Numbered from the stretch's first letter, positions 16,741 through 26,943 are shown. The stretch: DNA of 32,000 bases from Raphidiopsis brookii D9 (GCA_000175855.1 ACYB01000035.1:150001-182000); one strand, 5' to 3'. Made by a program: numbers and translations. Notes: generated from the letters alone by a model not told the origin.

Positions 16741-17516
16741 GGTGTAAGAGCAGCACTCACTAATAGTTGGGTGTAGGGATGCTGAGGGTCATCTAACACT
16801 TGATCTGTTAATCCTGACTCCACTACTTTTCCTTGTTGCATTACTAGCAACCGATGAGCTAGTAGTCTGACTACCCCAATGTCATGAGTCACTAAAATTA
16901 CACTAAGATTAAAATTTCTAACGAGCGATCGCAACAGATCTAGCAATCGAGCTTGAACTGAAACATCTAGTCCACCGGTTGGCTCATCCATAAGAATCAA
17001 CTGTGGTCTAGTTACTAATACTCTAGCCAATTGTAATCTTTGCTGCATACCACCTGAAAAAGTGGTGGGTAGATCATCCAAACGCTCTGGATCAATCTCC
17101 ACTTCTTGTAACCAGCGAGTCGCTTCCTGACGGATTTGACCATAATTACGCATGCCAATATCCAAAAGTCTTTCACCAATATTAGCTCCAGCACTTACCT
17201 GCATACGTAAACCATCTCGGGGATTTTGCTGAACAAAACCCCACTCAGTACGCATTAACCATCGGCGCTGATGTTCCGCAAGTTCCTGAATTTTTAAGTA
17301 TTGCTCCTGACGATTTTTATAAATTATACTACCTTCATCTACAGTAATATAATGGGCGATCGCCTTGAGCAAAGTAGATTTACCGGAGCCTGACTCTCCC
17401 ACAATGCCTAGAACCTGTCCTGAGTAAAGATCAAAAGAAATACCATCACAAGCGGGAATCACCCCGAAGGATTTACTAAGATGGTCTACCTGTAATATGG
17501 GTTGTATAGATTGCAT
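16737..17516 (-). CDS. phnK: C-P lyase system ATP-binding protein PhnK
   Basis: 259-aa ABC-type ATPase with [17 protein letters not shown] and LILMDEP, immediately after phnJ. Confidence 0.9.
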   Translation of the reverse strand: MQSIQPILQVDHLSKSFGVIPACDGISFDLYSGQVLGIVGESGSGKSTLLKAIAHYITVDEGSIIYKNRQEQYLKIQELAEHQRRWLMRTEWGFVQQNPRDGLRMQVSAGANIGERLLDIGMRNYGQIRQEATRWLQEVEIDPERLDDLPTTFSGGMQQRLQLARVLVTRPQLILMDEPTGGLDVSVQARLLDLLRSLVRNFNLSVILVTHDIGVVRLLAHRLLVMQQGKVVESGLTDQVLDDPQHPYTQLLVSAALTP

Positions 17517-17522
17517 ACCTGA

Positions 17523-18395
17523 TTATTTTTTCCTCCGTTGCTGCTGACAGTAATCCGTATCCGAACAGATCCACATTCTGCCTCCACGATCATCAATAAG
17601 TACCTCATCTAGAAAACTTTCCGTAGAACCACATAATTCACAAGGGTGGTTCCAATGCTCCACCCTGAAGGGGTAATCTTCAAAATCAAGACTTTTTACC
17701 CTAGTGTAAGGAGGCACAGCATAAATACGCTTCTCTCGACCTGCTCCAAATAATTGAAGTGCGGGATTAAGATGCATTTTAGGATTATCAAAACGTGGTA
17801 TAGGGCTAGGACTCATTAGATAGCGGTTTTCCACTATTACAGGATAGTCATAGCCAGTAGCAATATGACCATATTTAGTAATATCCTCATATAGCTTTAT
17901 ATACATTGGTCCATACTCTTCCAAAGCGTGCATTTTACAACTTTCCACAGTAGAAGGTTCCAACCAGCGTAAAGGTTCAGGAATGGGGACTTGATAAACC
18001 AGAATTTGTCCTTCCCGTAGGGGGGTTTCGGGGATACGATGACGAGTTTGAATTAAGGTAGCTCGTCCAGTTTCCTCCGTAGTTTCCACAGCACAAACCC
18101 TGCGGAAAAAGCGTCGAATATTTACAGCATTAGTGGTGTCATCTGCTCCCTGGTCAATCACCTTGAGAACATCATTTTGACCAATAATAGCGGCCGTAAT
18201 TTGAATTCCGCCAGTTCCCCATCCGTAGGACATAGGCATTTCTCTAGAAGAGAAAGGGATTTGATGTCCTGGAATAGCTACTGCTTTGAGTAGAGCCCGA
18301 CGAATGGAACGTTTAGTTTGTTCATCAAGGTAGGCAAAGTTAAAACCTGGATTAGAACCTGAATTAAAATGTGGGTGTTTGCTTGATACTGACAT
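17523..18395 (-). CDS. phnJ: C-P lyase catalytic subunit PhnJ (radical SAM-type)
   Basis: 290-aa ORF with a conserved core (…GWGTGGIQ…DQGADDTTNAVN…) and a C-terminal Cys cluster (CELCGS…WICSDTDYC). Confidence 0.93.
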   Translation of the reverse strand: MSVSSKHPHFNSGSNPGFNFAYLDEQTKRSIRRALLKAVAIPGHQIPFSSREMPMSYGWGTGGIQITAAIIGQNDVLKVIDQGADDTTNAVNIRRFFRRVCAVETTEETGRATLIQTRHRIPETPLREGQILVYQVPIPEPLRWLEPSTVESCKMHALEEYGPMYIKLYEDITKYGHIATGYDYPVIVENRYLMSPSPIPRFDNPKMHLNPALQLFGAGREKRIYAVPPYTRVKSLDFEDYPFRVEHWNHPCELCGSTESFLDEVLIDDRGGRMWICSDTDYCQQQRRKK

Positions 18396-19474
18396 TATGG
18401 GGATAAATCCTGTGATTTTTGTCGCATTTGACGAATTAGATTCAATTCCGCCTGAAAATCGATGTAGTGGGGTAATTTCAGATGCTGGACGAACCCTTGG
18501 GCCTCCACATTATCAGAATGGGAAAGAACAAACTCAATGTTTTGAGCTGGACTATCTACCGACTCCCCCAATTCGCTGGACCGCATTGCTCTGTCCACTA
18601 AAGCCATAGACATAGCCTTACGTTCATTGTATCCAAAGGTAAGTCCGTAACCACGGGTAAATTGGGGAGGTAGATGTTTACTTCCCTTAAATTGATTCAC
18701 CATCTGCACTTCCGTAATAGTAATGTCAGTAACAGAAACTTCAAAACCCAATTCTTCGGGAAATATAATTACCTCCACCTCTCCCATGCGAATTTCCCCT
18801 GCGAAGGGATGATTCTTACCGTAACCGCGCTGAGTAGAGTATGCTAAAGACAATAAAAACCCCTCATCCGCTCGTGCTAGATTTTGTAGTCTTGCATCCC
18901 TATTAGCTGGAAAATTCAAAGGTTGACGAGTCAAATCAAAAGGTGTTTGTGGTGTAGTTACTCTTGGTTCGGACTGAATTAATCCCTCTTTATCCAGAAT
19001 TTCCATAACTAGGGGAAAAGACTCTTGACTAACAATAGTTTCCGGTGGTGGAGGAACTTGATTTTCTGCCAAAAGTTTAAAATCTAATAGACGATGGATG
19101 TAATCAAAAGTGGGTCCTAAATTTTGTCCTCCGGGAATATCCTTAAAAATAGAAGAAATTCGTCTTTCTATTTGCATTGTGCTAGTGTTTAAGGGTTGGG
19201 TATAGTAGAAACGAGCTAGGGTAGTCCGATAGGCCCTAACTAAAAAAATTGCCTCCACTAGGTCGCCCCAAGATTGTTTGATAGCCAGTGCAGCCAATTC
19301 CCGGTCATATAAGCTACCTTCACACATTACCCGCTCCACAGCCAAAGTCAATTGTTGTTCAATTTGCTCACTGGTGATCTCGGTAATATTTATATCACCC
19401 CGTCGTCTGCTGTGTAGTAATTTTTCCGCATTTTCGATTGCCTGCTCGCCACCTTTAACCGCAACGTATGGCAT
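18395..19474 (-). CDS. phnI: C-P lyase core complex subunit PhnI
   Basis: 359-aa ORF starting MPYVAVKGGEQAIENAEKLL…, typical of PhnI, between phnG and phnJ with an ATG/stop overlap. Confidence 0.9.
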   Translation of the reverse strand: MPYVAVKGGEQAIENAEKLLHSRRRGDINITEITSEQIEQQLTLAVERVMCEGSLYDRELAALAIKQSWGDLVEAIFLVRAYRTTLARFYYTQPLNTSTMQIERRISSIFKDIPGGQNLGPTFDYIHRLLDFKLLAENQVPPPPETIVSQESFPLVMEILDKEGLIQSEPRVTTPQTPFDLTRQPLNFPANRDARLQNLARADEGFLLSLAYSTQRGYGKNHPFAGEIRMGEVEVIIFPEELGFEVSVTDITITEVQMVNQFKGSKHLPPQFTRGYGLTFGYNERKAMSMALVDRAMRSSELGESVDSPAQNIEFVLSHSDNVEAQGFVQHLKLPHYIDFQAELNLIRQMRQKSQDLSP

Positions 19475-19531
19475 ATTTTTCCTCCCTCCAGTTCGATTGG
19501 TTTGATTGAATTACTCTGAGTTTAGTTTTGC

Positions 19532-20005
19532 CTATCCTTCTCCCCTGACCATAGTAAAAAAGTTGACTTTAGTAGCAGCAGTTTGTCGTTGTTTCCTGTC
19601 TTGTTGTTTAGCTAATGATTGTTGGATCGGTAAAATCACAGTGGTTTGAACCTGATCATGCCATAGAGTAGTTTGCAGCAAAGCATCACACAAAGCTGCC
19701 AATTCCGCATGACGCTGGGAACGTCCCCCAATATAACCAAATCCACTGATGGGCAAACCATCCACCATATCTTTTAACTGAACTACGCAACGAGTTATGG
19801 TCATATCTCCCAGGTTAAAAGCTTTACCCGTGGCCCCAGCACGTCCTTGAACCATCACCAAACCAATTTCTGGATTGCGCAAGAAAGTATAATTAGGTAG
19901 GTCGTGGAAATTGGTGACCAGAGATTCTATTAAATCTTCTAATTGTTGTAATTCAGCCCTAGCTAGGGTTGACATCCAACTTTGTCTTTCCGGAATGGTA
20001 AACAT
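19532..20005 (-). CDS. phnG: C-P lyase core complex subunit PhnG
   Basis: 157-aa ORF with …RQSWMSTLA…GLVMVQGRAGATG…FNLGDMTITRC…KVNFFTMVRGEG, collinear with E. coli PhnG including the FFTMVRG C-terminus. Confidence 0.88.
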   Translation of the reverse strand: MFTIPERQSWMSTLARAELQQLEDLIESLVTNFHDLPNYTFLRNPEIGLVMVQGRAGATGKAFNLGDMTITRCVVQLKDMVDGLPISGFGYIGGRSQRHAELAALCDALLQTTLWHDQVQTTVILPIQQSLAKQQDRKQRQTAATKVNFFTMVRGEG

Positions 20006-20039
20006 ATTTAGATATTGCCTGTTATTTTTTTGCTAACAA

Positions 20040-20440
20040 TTATGATCGGGGTATTAATTCCACAAAATAGCTTAACTCTGGTGTGGAAAGGTGAGGAACC
20101 TTAGCCTGATCATCATAAATTCTTAGTTTTACTGCATCTTGAGCTAAAGGTTGGCGAATAAACTCTTGTGCTTCTTGAGGAGAAAAAATGCCTCCTTAGA
20201 CAGGGGAATATTTATTCCAGGCCTGGGACAAATCATTCTTTCAAAAGCATCCCCATGCAGGTCAATAATCCCGGGTAACATTTGTAAACCCTGTCCATTG
20301 ACTATGTCAAATCCATGGGGAACCTGACTTTGGTTGATACTGGTAAATATCCCATCCTCTATCAAAACTGTGCCGTCTTCTATCCATCCTTTAGAAGTCA
20401 GGATTTTAATTCCTTGAATGGCAATTTTGCTGGTTGTCAC
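20040..20440 (-). pseudogene. Relic of a second PhnM-like amidohydrolase gene (internal deletion plus frame change)
   Basis: The 98-aa ORF keeps the N-terminal metal-binding segment LPGIIDLHGDAFERMICPRPG and then stops. In another frame, downstream to the stop at 20040, it reads …AVKLRIYDDQAKVPHLS…, resembling the PhnM C-terminus (compare ADFITVCDDGIVPRLIS in the neighbouring phnM). The middle ~250 codons are absent. Confidence 0.6.
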
Positions 20441-20504
20441 TGATTCTCCTACTGTTTTTCTAATATGTTTGTTGAAAACCTATTAACTATTAATCAGTTC
20501 CCAT

Positions 20505-20969
20505 CTATCTGTGTTGTTTAATATCCGGTTGCACTACACAGTTAAAGCTCCATCCATGTTGTTTAAATCCCAATGACTGATAAAACTTATGAGCATTATC
20601 ACGCTTTAAGTTAGAAGATAAAGTAACCTTATAACAACCTGCTGCTGCACTCTGTTCTAGGGCAAATCTAACCATTTCTGTGCCAATACCCTGACCTCTA
20701 AGGGAGGAGATGACTGTCACTGCATCCAATATGGCAAATTTATGATAACCAGGATGCATCATGGTGGGCACATACAGAAGACTAAATGTCCCCACTGGTT
20801 CATGGTCTAATTCCGCAAGGTAAATATGGTAATTAGGGATCTGACTTATTTCTGTGAAAATCTCTTGGACTCGATGGTCAGCTAGGGGAGCTTTTTGATC
20901 CATATCAGCATATAACTGATTTAATCTTGACCAGTCCTGAGGATCAGCTAGGCGAATTTTCAGTTTCAT
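20505..20969 (-). CDS. GNAT family N-acetyltransferase (PhnO-like by operon context)
   Basis: MKLKIRLADPQDW… from the ATG at 20969 forms an ATGA overlap with the phnH stop. The acetyl-CoA motif is RGQGIGTEMV. The track's longer version (to 21074) overlaps phnH by 109 nt and is not credible. Confidence 0.8.
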   Translation of the reverse strand: MKLKIRLADPQDWSRLNQLYADMDQKAPLADHRVQEIFTEISQIPNYHIYLAELDHEPVGTFSLLYVPTMMHPGYHKFAILDAVTVISSLRGQGIGTEMVRFALEQSAAAGCYKVTLSSNLKRDNAHKFYQSLGFKQHGWSFNCVVQPDIKQHR

Positions 20970-21553
20970 GAGTGTTTTGCAGTTCTGGGTAGTCCCATTA
21001 CGGAATCTTCTGTAAATAGAAAAACATCTATTCCCCGAGGATAGAGTGGATAATTCCGTTCCCAGAATTCCCAAAAAGTGCTAGGAATGCTAGGTGTTAT
21101 GGTTTTAGGTGATAAATTTCCTGGACCTGTTAAGGTGATAGGTTTTCCACCATTAAAACTTGCTATCTGTATCAGCAAGGTTGTGGAATCTTCCGGTTTT
21201 TCCGCTGTTCCTGGATTAAAAACAGATAATTCCGTCATAGATGCCAAGTCTTGAATTAGGGCAAAGTCCGCTTGCTGTGGGTCTAATGTTAGTTGACACC
21301 CAGTGTGAAACAACAACCAATTTTTCACTGAGGAAGATAATAAGGGTTGTATCCACAGTTTGATGTCTAAATCTAATAGGACCAGACAAGCTGCACCACA
21401 AGCTGGTGTTAACCCTTGTGGTACCTGGAGCTGGACAGGGATTTTTTCAGATCTTCCTGGTTGCGCATCAGCACATAGCAGAGCGCGAAATGCTTGCTGG
21501 GCATCATGGACAGGATCAGAAAAACCAGGTATTTCAGTAAGTGTGTTTGACAT
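20966..21553 (-). CDS. phnH: C-P lyase core complex subunit PhnH
   Basis: 195-aa ORF with …DPVHDAQQAFRALLCADAQPG… matching the PhnH N-terminal pattern. It is the first gene opposite phnF. Confidence 0.8.
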   Translation of the reverse strand: MSNTLTEIPGFSDPVHDAQQAFRALLCADAQPGRSEKIPVQLQVPQGLTPACGAACLVLLDLDIKLWIQPLLSSSVKNWLLFHTGCQLTLDPQQADFALIQDLASMTELSVFNPGTAEKPEDSTTLLIQIASFNGGKPITLTGPGNLSPKTITPSIPSTFWEFWERNYPLYPRGIDVFLFTEDSVMGLPRTAKHS

Positions 21554-21585
21554 TCATGACAAGATTATGTTTTAAACTATTCTTA

Positions 21586-21615
21586 ACTTATCTAGACATC
21601 TAGACAAAAGATAAG
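21586..21615. promoter_or_regulatory. Putative PhnF (GntR/HutC family) operator in the phnF-phnH divergent region
   Basis: The sequence is cttATCTAGACATCTAGACaaaagataag. A tandem 8-mer lies at 21590-21605 (GTCTAGAT GTCTAGAT on the other strand, fitting the HutC-type GT-n-TA-n-AC core). It is flanked by the inverted hexamers CTTATC (21587-21592) and GATAAG (21610-21615). Confidence 0.5.
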
Positions 21616-21668
21616 GTAACAGATTTTTGAGTAAATAGCAATTGGATATATTAGGATGCATATTAAAT

Positions 21669-22442
21669 ATGAGAGAAATTATTCCCATTTACATTCAGAT
21701 TGCCGATCAACTGCGGGAAAAGATTTTACAAGGGGTTTTTGGTGCAGGGGAACAATTGCCTACGGAAACAATTTTGGCACAACAGTTTAGGGTAAATCGG
21801 CATACTATTAGACAAGCTATTGGTTTGTTGAAAAGTGAAGGATGGATAAGGGTAGAGAGGGGGAGAGGTACTTTTGTAGCTGCTAGGACAATTCGTTATC
21901 CTATTGGTAAGAGAGTACGTTATACTCAGACTCTTAAAGCCCAGGGTTGGCAACCTCGGTTTGAGTTATTACGTATTTTAGAGATGTCAGCGGATCTGGC
22001 AATATCTAAAGGGTTAGAAATTGGTTATGGGGAAAGAGTTGCACTGGTTGAACGTTTAGGTTTTGCTAATGAGGAACCGATTAGTGTATGTAGTGCATAT
22101 TTTCCGTTGAAAAGGTTCCCGGACTTTTTTGAGCCCAGCCATATTCAGATTTTAGAGACCGAGAAATCCATATCAAGGTTTTTGTATCAGGTATATGGAT
22201 GTGACCATATTCGACGCAGTACAGCTGTTTCTGCTCGGTTAGTGCAACCCCAAGATGCCATTTTGTTACAACTCTCCGATAATCAACCGATTCTGTTAGC
22301 TGAGTCTGTGAATGTGGATGAAGGTGGTAATGTAATTGAATACGGGGTAACCCGATTCCGGGGCGATCGCATGGAGTTGTTTTTTGAGAATGATTGCAAA
22401 AGTCTCAAATTTCCGGGGGCTTCACTTTTAAGAGAGTTGTGA
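21669..22442 (+). CDS. phnF: GntR/HutC-family transcriptional regulator, PhnF-like
   Basis: The N-terminal winged HTH is …LPTETILAQQFRVNRHTIRQAIGLLKSEGWIRVERGRGTFV, followed by a UTRA-type C-terminal domain. It is divergent from the phn operon. The ATG at 21669 is preferred over the track's TTG at 21642. Confidence 0.85.
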   Translation: MREIIPIYIQIADQLREKILQGVFGAGEQLPTETILAQQFRVNRHTIRQAIGLLKSEGWIRVERGRGTFVAARTIRYPIGKRVRYTQTLKAQGWQPRFELLRILEMSADLAISKGLEIGYGERVALVERLGFANEEPISVCSAYFPLKRFPDFFEPSHIQILETEKSISRFLYQVYGCDHIRRSTAVSARLVQPQDAILLQLSDNQPILLAESVNVDEGGNVIEYGVTRFRGDRMELFFENDCKSLKFPGASLLREL

Positions 22443-22717
22443 GAAATTAAAACAAATTCTATATGATTTTATCTAAAAAATTGATTATTGTGAAGAATTC
22501 TCAAAAAAGAGGGACTAGCCACCAGGACTACTCCCACTTGCCGATCCTTTAAAGAGAGGAGAACACTATACAAAACTATAGCTTGATTGAGAATTTTTGT
22601 CAACTAGTATGAGAAAGTCTAGCAATTACAGGTGTGGGAGATGAGCGCCTACCCTTTCAATGATTTACAATTCAATTTGTAAATATCCCTCAGTAGATAA
22701 AAGGTGGTATTAATCTA

Positions 22718-23119
22718 ATGGCTGATATTGTTGATATTGCAGTTGGGAATGACTCATTTAAAACTTTAGTAGCGGCAGTACAAGCAGCTAATTTGGTGGA
22801 AACTCTCAAAAGTCCAGGTCCTTTTACAGTTTTTGCACCCACTGATGATGCTTTTGCTAAACTACCCCCTGGTACCATTACCACCCTATTGCAAAATATC
22901 CCTCAGTTAGCAAGAATTTTAACCTATCATGTAGTTCCCGGAAAATTGACCAAAGCCGATTTAGCCCAATTGGGCACAGTCAATTCCGTAGAGGGTTCAC
23001 CCATAAAAATTGACTGTAATGATGGTTTTGAAGTTAAAAATGCTACAGTTGTTGCAGCGGATATTGAGGCCGACAATGGTGTCATTCATGTGATTGACAC
23101 TGTTATTTTAATGGGTTGA
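22718..23119 (+). CDS. Fasciclin (FAS1) domain protein
   Basis: 133-aa ORF with [11 protein letters not shown] and …[12 protein letters not shown]… FAS1 motifs. Confidence 0.88.
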   Translation: MADIVDIAVGNDSFKTLVAAVQAANLVETLKSPGPFTVFAPTDDAFAKLPPGTITTLLQNIPQLARILTYHVVPGKLTKADLAQLGTVNSVEGSPIKIDCNDGFEVKNATVVAADIEADNGVIHVIDTVILMG

Positions 23120-23165
23120 TGATGGGGGTATGGGGATTTAATAGCATCCAGAGCTATATTTCCTC

Positions 23166-23432
23166 TTACCTGTACTTAACCTTCAACCTAAGAATAATTA
23201 GGTTGAAAAACAAACTAGCACCATTGGCCAAAATAATTGGTGTGGCCTTCAGCATAATACCATAAATAAACCATAACAACAACCCAATCATGAATGTAAT
23301 CAACATCGCAAAAGAAACATCTTTTGCTGACTTTGTTTTCCAGGTTTGTAACATCTGAGGTAAAAAAGCAATTGTTGTTAGGGTTCCTGCAGCTAATCCC
23401 ACTATGTTCACAAAGTCCATTTTTTTCCCCAA
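23166..23432 (-). CDS. SemiSWEET-type (PQ-loop) small membrane transporter
   Basis: 88-aa ORF with three predicted TM helices and the PQ motif (TTIAFLPQMLQTWKTKSAKDVS). The start may be the second Met (23420). It lies 19 nt downstream of sufS on the same strand. Confidence 0.7.
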   Translation of the reverse strand: MGKKMDFVNIVGLAAGTLTTIAFLPQMLQTWKTKSAKDVSFAMLITFMIGLLLWFIYGIMLKATPIILANGASLFFNLIILRLKVKYR

Positions 23433-23451
23433 TACATTTGTTTATGTCCAT

Positions 23452-24717
23452 CTATTCGCTAAAAACACTGGCAAAAAAATCTAACGCTTCTCTCAAAGCG
23501 TTAACAAACACATCTATCTCTTCATGGGTATTATAAAAAGATAAACTTACTCGTGCGGTTCCTGCTAACTCTAAATAACGGTGTAACGGTTGTGTACAAT
23601 GGTGACCGGAACGTATAGCTATACCCTCTTGGTCTAGCAATGTGGCTAAATCATTAGGGTGAATACCATTAGCGACAAAAGATGCTAAAGCGGCTCTACC
23701 TTCACCATGAATATCTGGTTTTGGTCCATAAATTGTTAGCTGGGGTATTTGTGCTAGTTGGTCAAATAAATAGCTAGTTAATTCTGCTTCATAAGCATGG
23801 ATTTTATCCATTCCTATATTAGTTAAATAGTCTATTGCTGCACCCAGAGCTATGGCCTCCCCAATAGCAGGTGTACCAGCTTCGAACTTGTGGGGGAGTT
23901 CCGCATAGGTAGAATGGTCTAAATATACTTCTGCAATCATTTCTCCACCACCGAAAAATGGTGGCATTGCTTCTAACAATTCTAATTTACCGTATAGGAA
24001 GCCAATACCGGTGGGGGCTAACATTTTGTGTCCAGATGCAACTAACCAATCACAGTCAATGTCTTGGACGTTGATGGGGGTGTGGGGAACACTTTGGCAC
24101 CCATCTAGTAGAAATTTTGCTCCATATTTGTGAGCGATTTTAGCTATTTCTTGAGCTGGATTAATGCAACCCAATGTATTAGAAATATGCACAATAGATA
24201 CCAGTTTAGTTTTTTCACAAATCAGTTTGTTAAACTGGTCTAAATCTAGAGTTTGTTCTGGTGTCAATTCTACGAATTTCAGGACTGCTCCGGTTTTTTG
24301 AGCCACAAATTGCCAGGGGACAATATTACTGTGGTGTTCCATGACAGAGAGGATAATTTCATCTCCTGGTTGTAAATTGTTCATTCCCCAACTGTAAGCT
24401 ACTAAATTAATGGCTTCAGTAGCATTGCGGGTAAAAACTATCTCTTGACGGGATTTTGCTTGGATAAAATTAACCACTTTATCTCTTACTGATTCATAAG
24501 CATCCGTAGCTTTTCCACTTAAAAAATGCGCACCCCGATGTACGTTGGAGTTATACTCTTGGTAGTAGTTCCGCCAAGTGTTTAATACTAAGGTTGGTTT
24601 TTGAGAAGTAGCTGCATTATCCAGATAAACTAGGGGTTTACCGTGAACTTTTTGCCGAAGAATGGGAAAGTCTGGACGCACTTGATCTGCTAGGGTTTTA
24701 GTTGATATGAATGTCAT
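23452..24717 (-). CDS. sufS: Cysteine desulfurase SufS (group II)
   Basis: 421-aa ORF with the PLP lysine in SGHKM and the catalytic Cys in RSGHHCTQP. It is the last gene of sufBCDS. Confidence 0.95.
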   Translation of the reverse strand: MTFISTKTLADQVRPDFPILRQKVHGKPLVYLDNAATSQKPTLVLNTWRNYYQEYNSNVHRGAHFLSGKATDAYESVRDKVVNFIQAKSRQEIVFTRNATEAINLVAYSWGMNNLQPGDEIILSVMEHHSNIVPWQFVAQKTGAVLKFVELTPEQTLDLDQFNKLICEKTKLVSIVHISNTLGCINPAQEIAKIAHKYGAKFLLDGCQSVPHTPINVQDIDCDWLVASGHKMLAPTGIGFLYGKLELLEAMPPFFGGGEMIAEVYLDHSTYAELPHKFEAGTPAIGEAIALGAAIDYLTNIGMDKIHAYEAELTSYLFDQLAQIPQLTIYGPKPDIHGEGRAALASFVANGIHPNDLATLLDQEGIAIRSGHHCTQPLHRYLELAGTARVSLSFYNTHEEIDVFVNALREALDFFASVFSE

Positions 24718-24749
24718 ATTTCGCTAGTTTTGATTATTTGTTTGATTTC

Positions 24750-26132
24750 TTACTCATTGACTAGAGAGCTAACTGTTTTTAACAGCTTCTCTCTCAAGGA
24801 AGCAAGTGGAATTAGGTTAATAACTTCTGTTGCAAAAGCATTAACTAATAACTTACGTGCTTCCGTTTCTCCTATTCCCCGACTTTGCAGGTAGAAGATT
24901 TGATCGTCTTCTAATTGACTAACCGTTGCACCATGGGCACACTTAACATTGTCAGCGGTAATTTCTAATTGGGGTTTAGTGTCTACCCTCGCTTTTGATG
25001 ATAAAAGCAAATTGCGGTTTAACTGCGATGCATCCGTCAATTGTGCGGATTTGGGAACAAATATCTTACCATTGAACACCCCATGGGCGCGATCGCCTAT
25101 AATAAGTTTATGTAACTGTTTACTGGTAGCATAAGGATAGTTCAGTGCGATCGCACTATGAGTGTCACCTAATTGCTTTTGGGCAATAACCGTTAATGCG
25201 TAGAGATTAGTTTCAGTTTGTTCACCGGTTTGTATAAGCTCTAGGTTGTGACGAGAAATTTTGCTACCAATAGTTATGGCATTACAGCTATAACGACTGT
25301 GTCTTGCTTGGGTTACAGCAGTTTTACCAATATCAAAACTATGATCACCACCCAAAACAATTCTAGAATGATTGACCTGGGCATTTTCATGTACCCAGAT
25401 TTCTGTCACACTGTTGTTAAAACCAGTATTCAAACCAGCACCCATGGGGTTATTTTGTAGCGAGGGTGTATTTAGGATAATATATTCCTCGACTAGACTT
25501 ATCTGGGAATTACCTTCAGCAATTACCAAACAACGGGGTTGACAAAAAGTTGGGAACTCTCCGACTAGGGAAATAAATAACAAGTGTATGGAATCTTCAA
25601 CTACCACATTTTTGCCCGCCCATAGCACTGCAACATCACTCAAACCAGCAGTATTTAGGTCGCTGAAAACATCTCTTGTTCCATCAAACTGCGCCAAATA
25701 TTTCTGAGCAACAGAATCTTCTAAAGAATCTAGGTTACCAACATGTAACCCAGAAGGTAGATCTGAAGTCTGGGATAAAGTTGGTGTAAGCACACCATTA
25801 ATAAAAACCAAGCGGTGGGTAGCTTCAGGTAAAGCTAGACCCTCCATCAAAGATTCCATGGCAATTTGGGAACTACCTAAATTAGAACCCAATGCGAAAT
25901 TGATCTCCCGCAAAGGAGATAAGTCCGTAAAACGCCACTCTTCATCTCGGGTAGTAGGAATCACCGAGTGACGCACCCACTTAGTCGCATTAGTCCTAAC
26001 TTGTTCTAACCAGCTTGGTTCTTTTGATGGACAAATCCCATTTAGCTGATTTAGCAACCTAGTTAAAAAAGCATCTTTATCCAAATCCAACAAAGAATCG
26101 CTAACAGCAGAGGGGAAAACTTCCATAGTCAT
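24750..26132 (-). CDS. sufD: Fe-S cluster assembly protein SufD
   Basis: 460-aa ORF with a SufB/D-family C-terminal beta-helix (…KPQLEITADNVKCAHGATVSQL…), positioned between sufC and sufS. Confidence 0.92.
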   Translation of the reverse strand: MTMEVFPSAVSDSLLDLDKDAFLTRLLNQLNGICPSKEPSWLEQVRTNATKWVRHSVIPTTRDEEWRFTDLSPLREINFALGSNLGSSQIAMESLMEGLALPEATHRLVFINGVLTPTLSQTSDLPSGLHVGNLDSLEDSVAQKYLAQFDGTRDVFSDLNTAGLSDVAVLWAGKNVVVEDSIHLLFISLVGEFPTFCQPRCLVIAEGNSQISLVEEYIILNTPSLQNNPMGAGLNTGFNNSVTEIWVHENAQVNHSRIVLGGDHSFDIGKTAVTQARHSRYSCNAITIGSKISRHNLELIQTGEQTETNLYALTVIAQKQLGDTHSAIALNYPYATSKQLHKLIIGDRAHGVFNGKIFVPKSAQLTDASQLNRNLLLSSKARVDTKPQLEITADNVKCAHGATVSQLEDDQIFYLQSRGIGETEARKLLVNAFATEVINLIPLASLREKLLKTVSSLVNE

Positions 26133-26134
26133 AA

Positions 26135-26920
26135 TTACACACCCACTCCTAAAGCTTCTTCCAATACCCAGTCATAACCTCGAGATTCTAGCTCTAAAGC
26201 CAACTCCTTACCACCACTTTTAATAATACGTCCCTGAGCCATCACATGGACAAAATCAGGAACAATATAATCTAGAAGTCGTTGATAGTGAGTAATCATG
26301 ATGGTGGCATTTTCTGCATTTGTCAACTGATTCACCCCGTTAGAAACAATCTTGAGGGCGTCAATATCTAAACCAGAATCGGTTTCATCCAGGATTGCTA
26401 ATTTAGGCTCTAAAATAGCCATCTGCAAGATTTCATTGCGCTTTTTTTCACCACCAGAAAAGCCTTCGTTAACACTGCGTTCTAAAAAGCTGGAATTCAT
26501 TTTCACAACTTCCAACTTTTCCATTACTAAATCATCAAAATCAAAAGTGTCCACTTCCGGTAAACCTTTGGCCTTGCGATGAGAATTATAGGCAACCCTA
26601 AGAAAATCTAAATTGCTGACACCAGGAACTTCTAGAGGATATTGAAAAGCCAAGAATACACCACTTCTGGCTCTTTCTTCTGCTTCCATTTCTAAAATAT
26701 TAGTACCCTGAAAAACTACCTCACCACCAGTGACACTGTAAGCGGGGTGTCCAGCTAAAACTTTAGAAAAGGTACTTTTGCCCGAGCCATTTGGTCCCAT
26801 AATGGCGTGGATTTCACCTGCTCTCACCTCTAAATTAACTCCTTTCAAAATTGGAGTTCCATCTACTTGGGCTTGCAAATCTTTAACGGACAAAATCAAA
26901 TCACTGTTCTCAATAATCAT
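26135..26920 (-). CDS. sufC: Fe-S cluster assembly ATPase SufC
   Basis: 261-aa ORF with [17 protein letters not shown] and [10 protein letters not shown]. Confidence 0.96.
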   Translation of the reverse strand: MIIENSDLILSVKDLQAQVDGTPILKGVNLEVRAGEIHAIMGPNGSGKSTFSKVLAGHPAYSVTGGEVVFQGTNILEMEAEERARSGVFLAFQYPLEVPGVSNLDFLRVAYNSHRKAKGLPEVDTFDFDDLVMEKLEVVKMNSSFLERSVNEGFSGGEKKRNEILQMAILEPKLAILDETDSGLDIDALKIVSNGVNQLTNAENATIMITHYQRLLDYIVPDFVHVMAQGRIIKSGGKELALELESRGYDWVLEEALGVGV

Positions 26921-26943
26921 GGTTCCTATCCTCTTTTGGTCTC

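Noticed and set aside
20970-21074. Long N-terminal extension of the GNAT ORF given in the track (start 21074)
   Set aside because: It overlaps the 3' end of phnH by 109 nt in another frame. The internal ATG at 20969 gives an ATGA stop/start overlap and a normal GNAT length.
21216-21575. ORFs 21216-21401 (minus) and 21360-21575 (plus) within phnH
   Set aside because: They are alternative-frame or antisense overlaps of phnH with no motifs.
23215-23536. ORFs 23215-23451 (minus) and 23324-23536 (plus)
   Set aside because: They overlap the SemiSWEET and sufS frames, which have clear family signatures.
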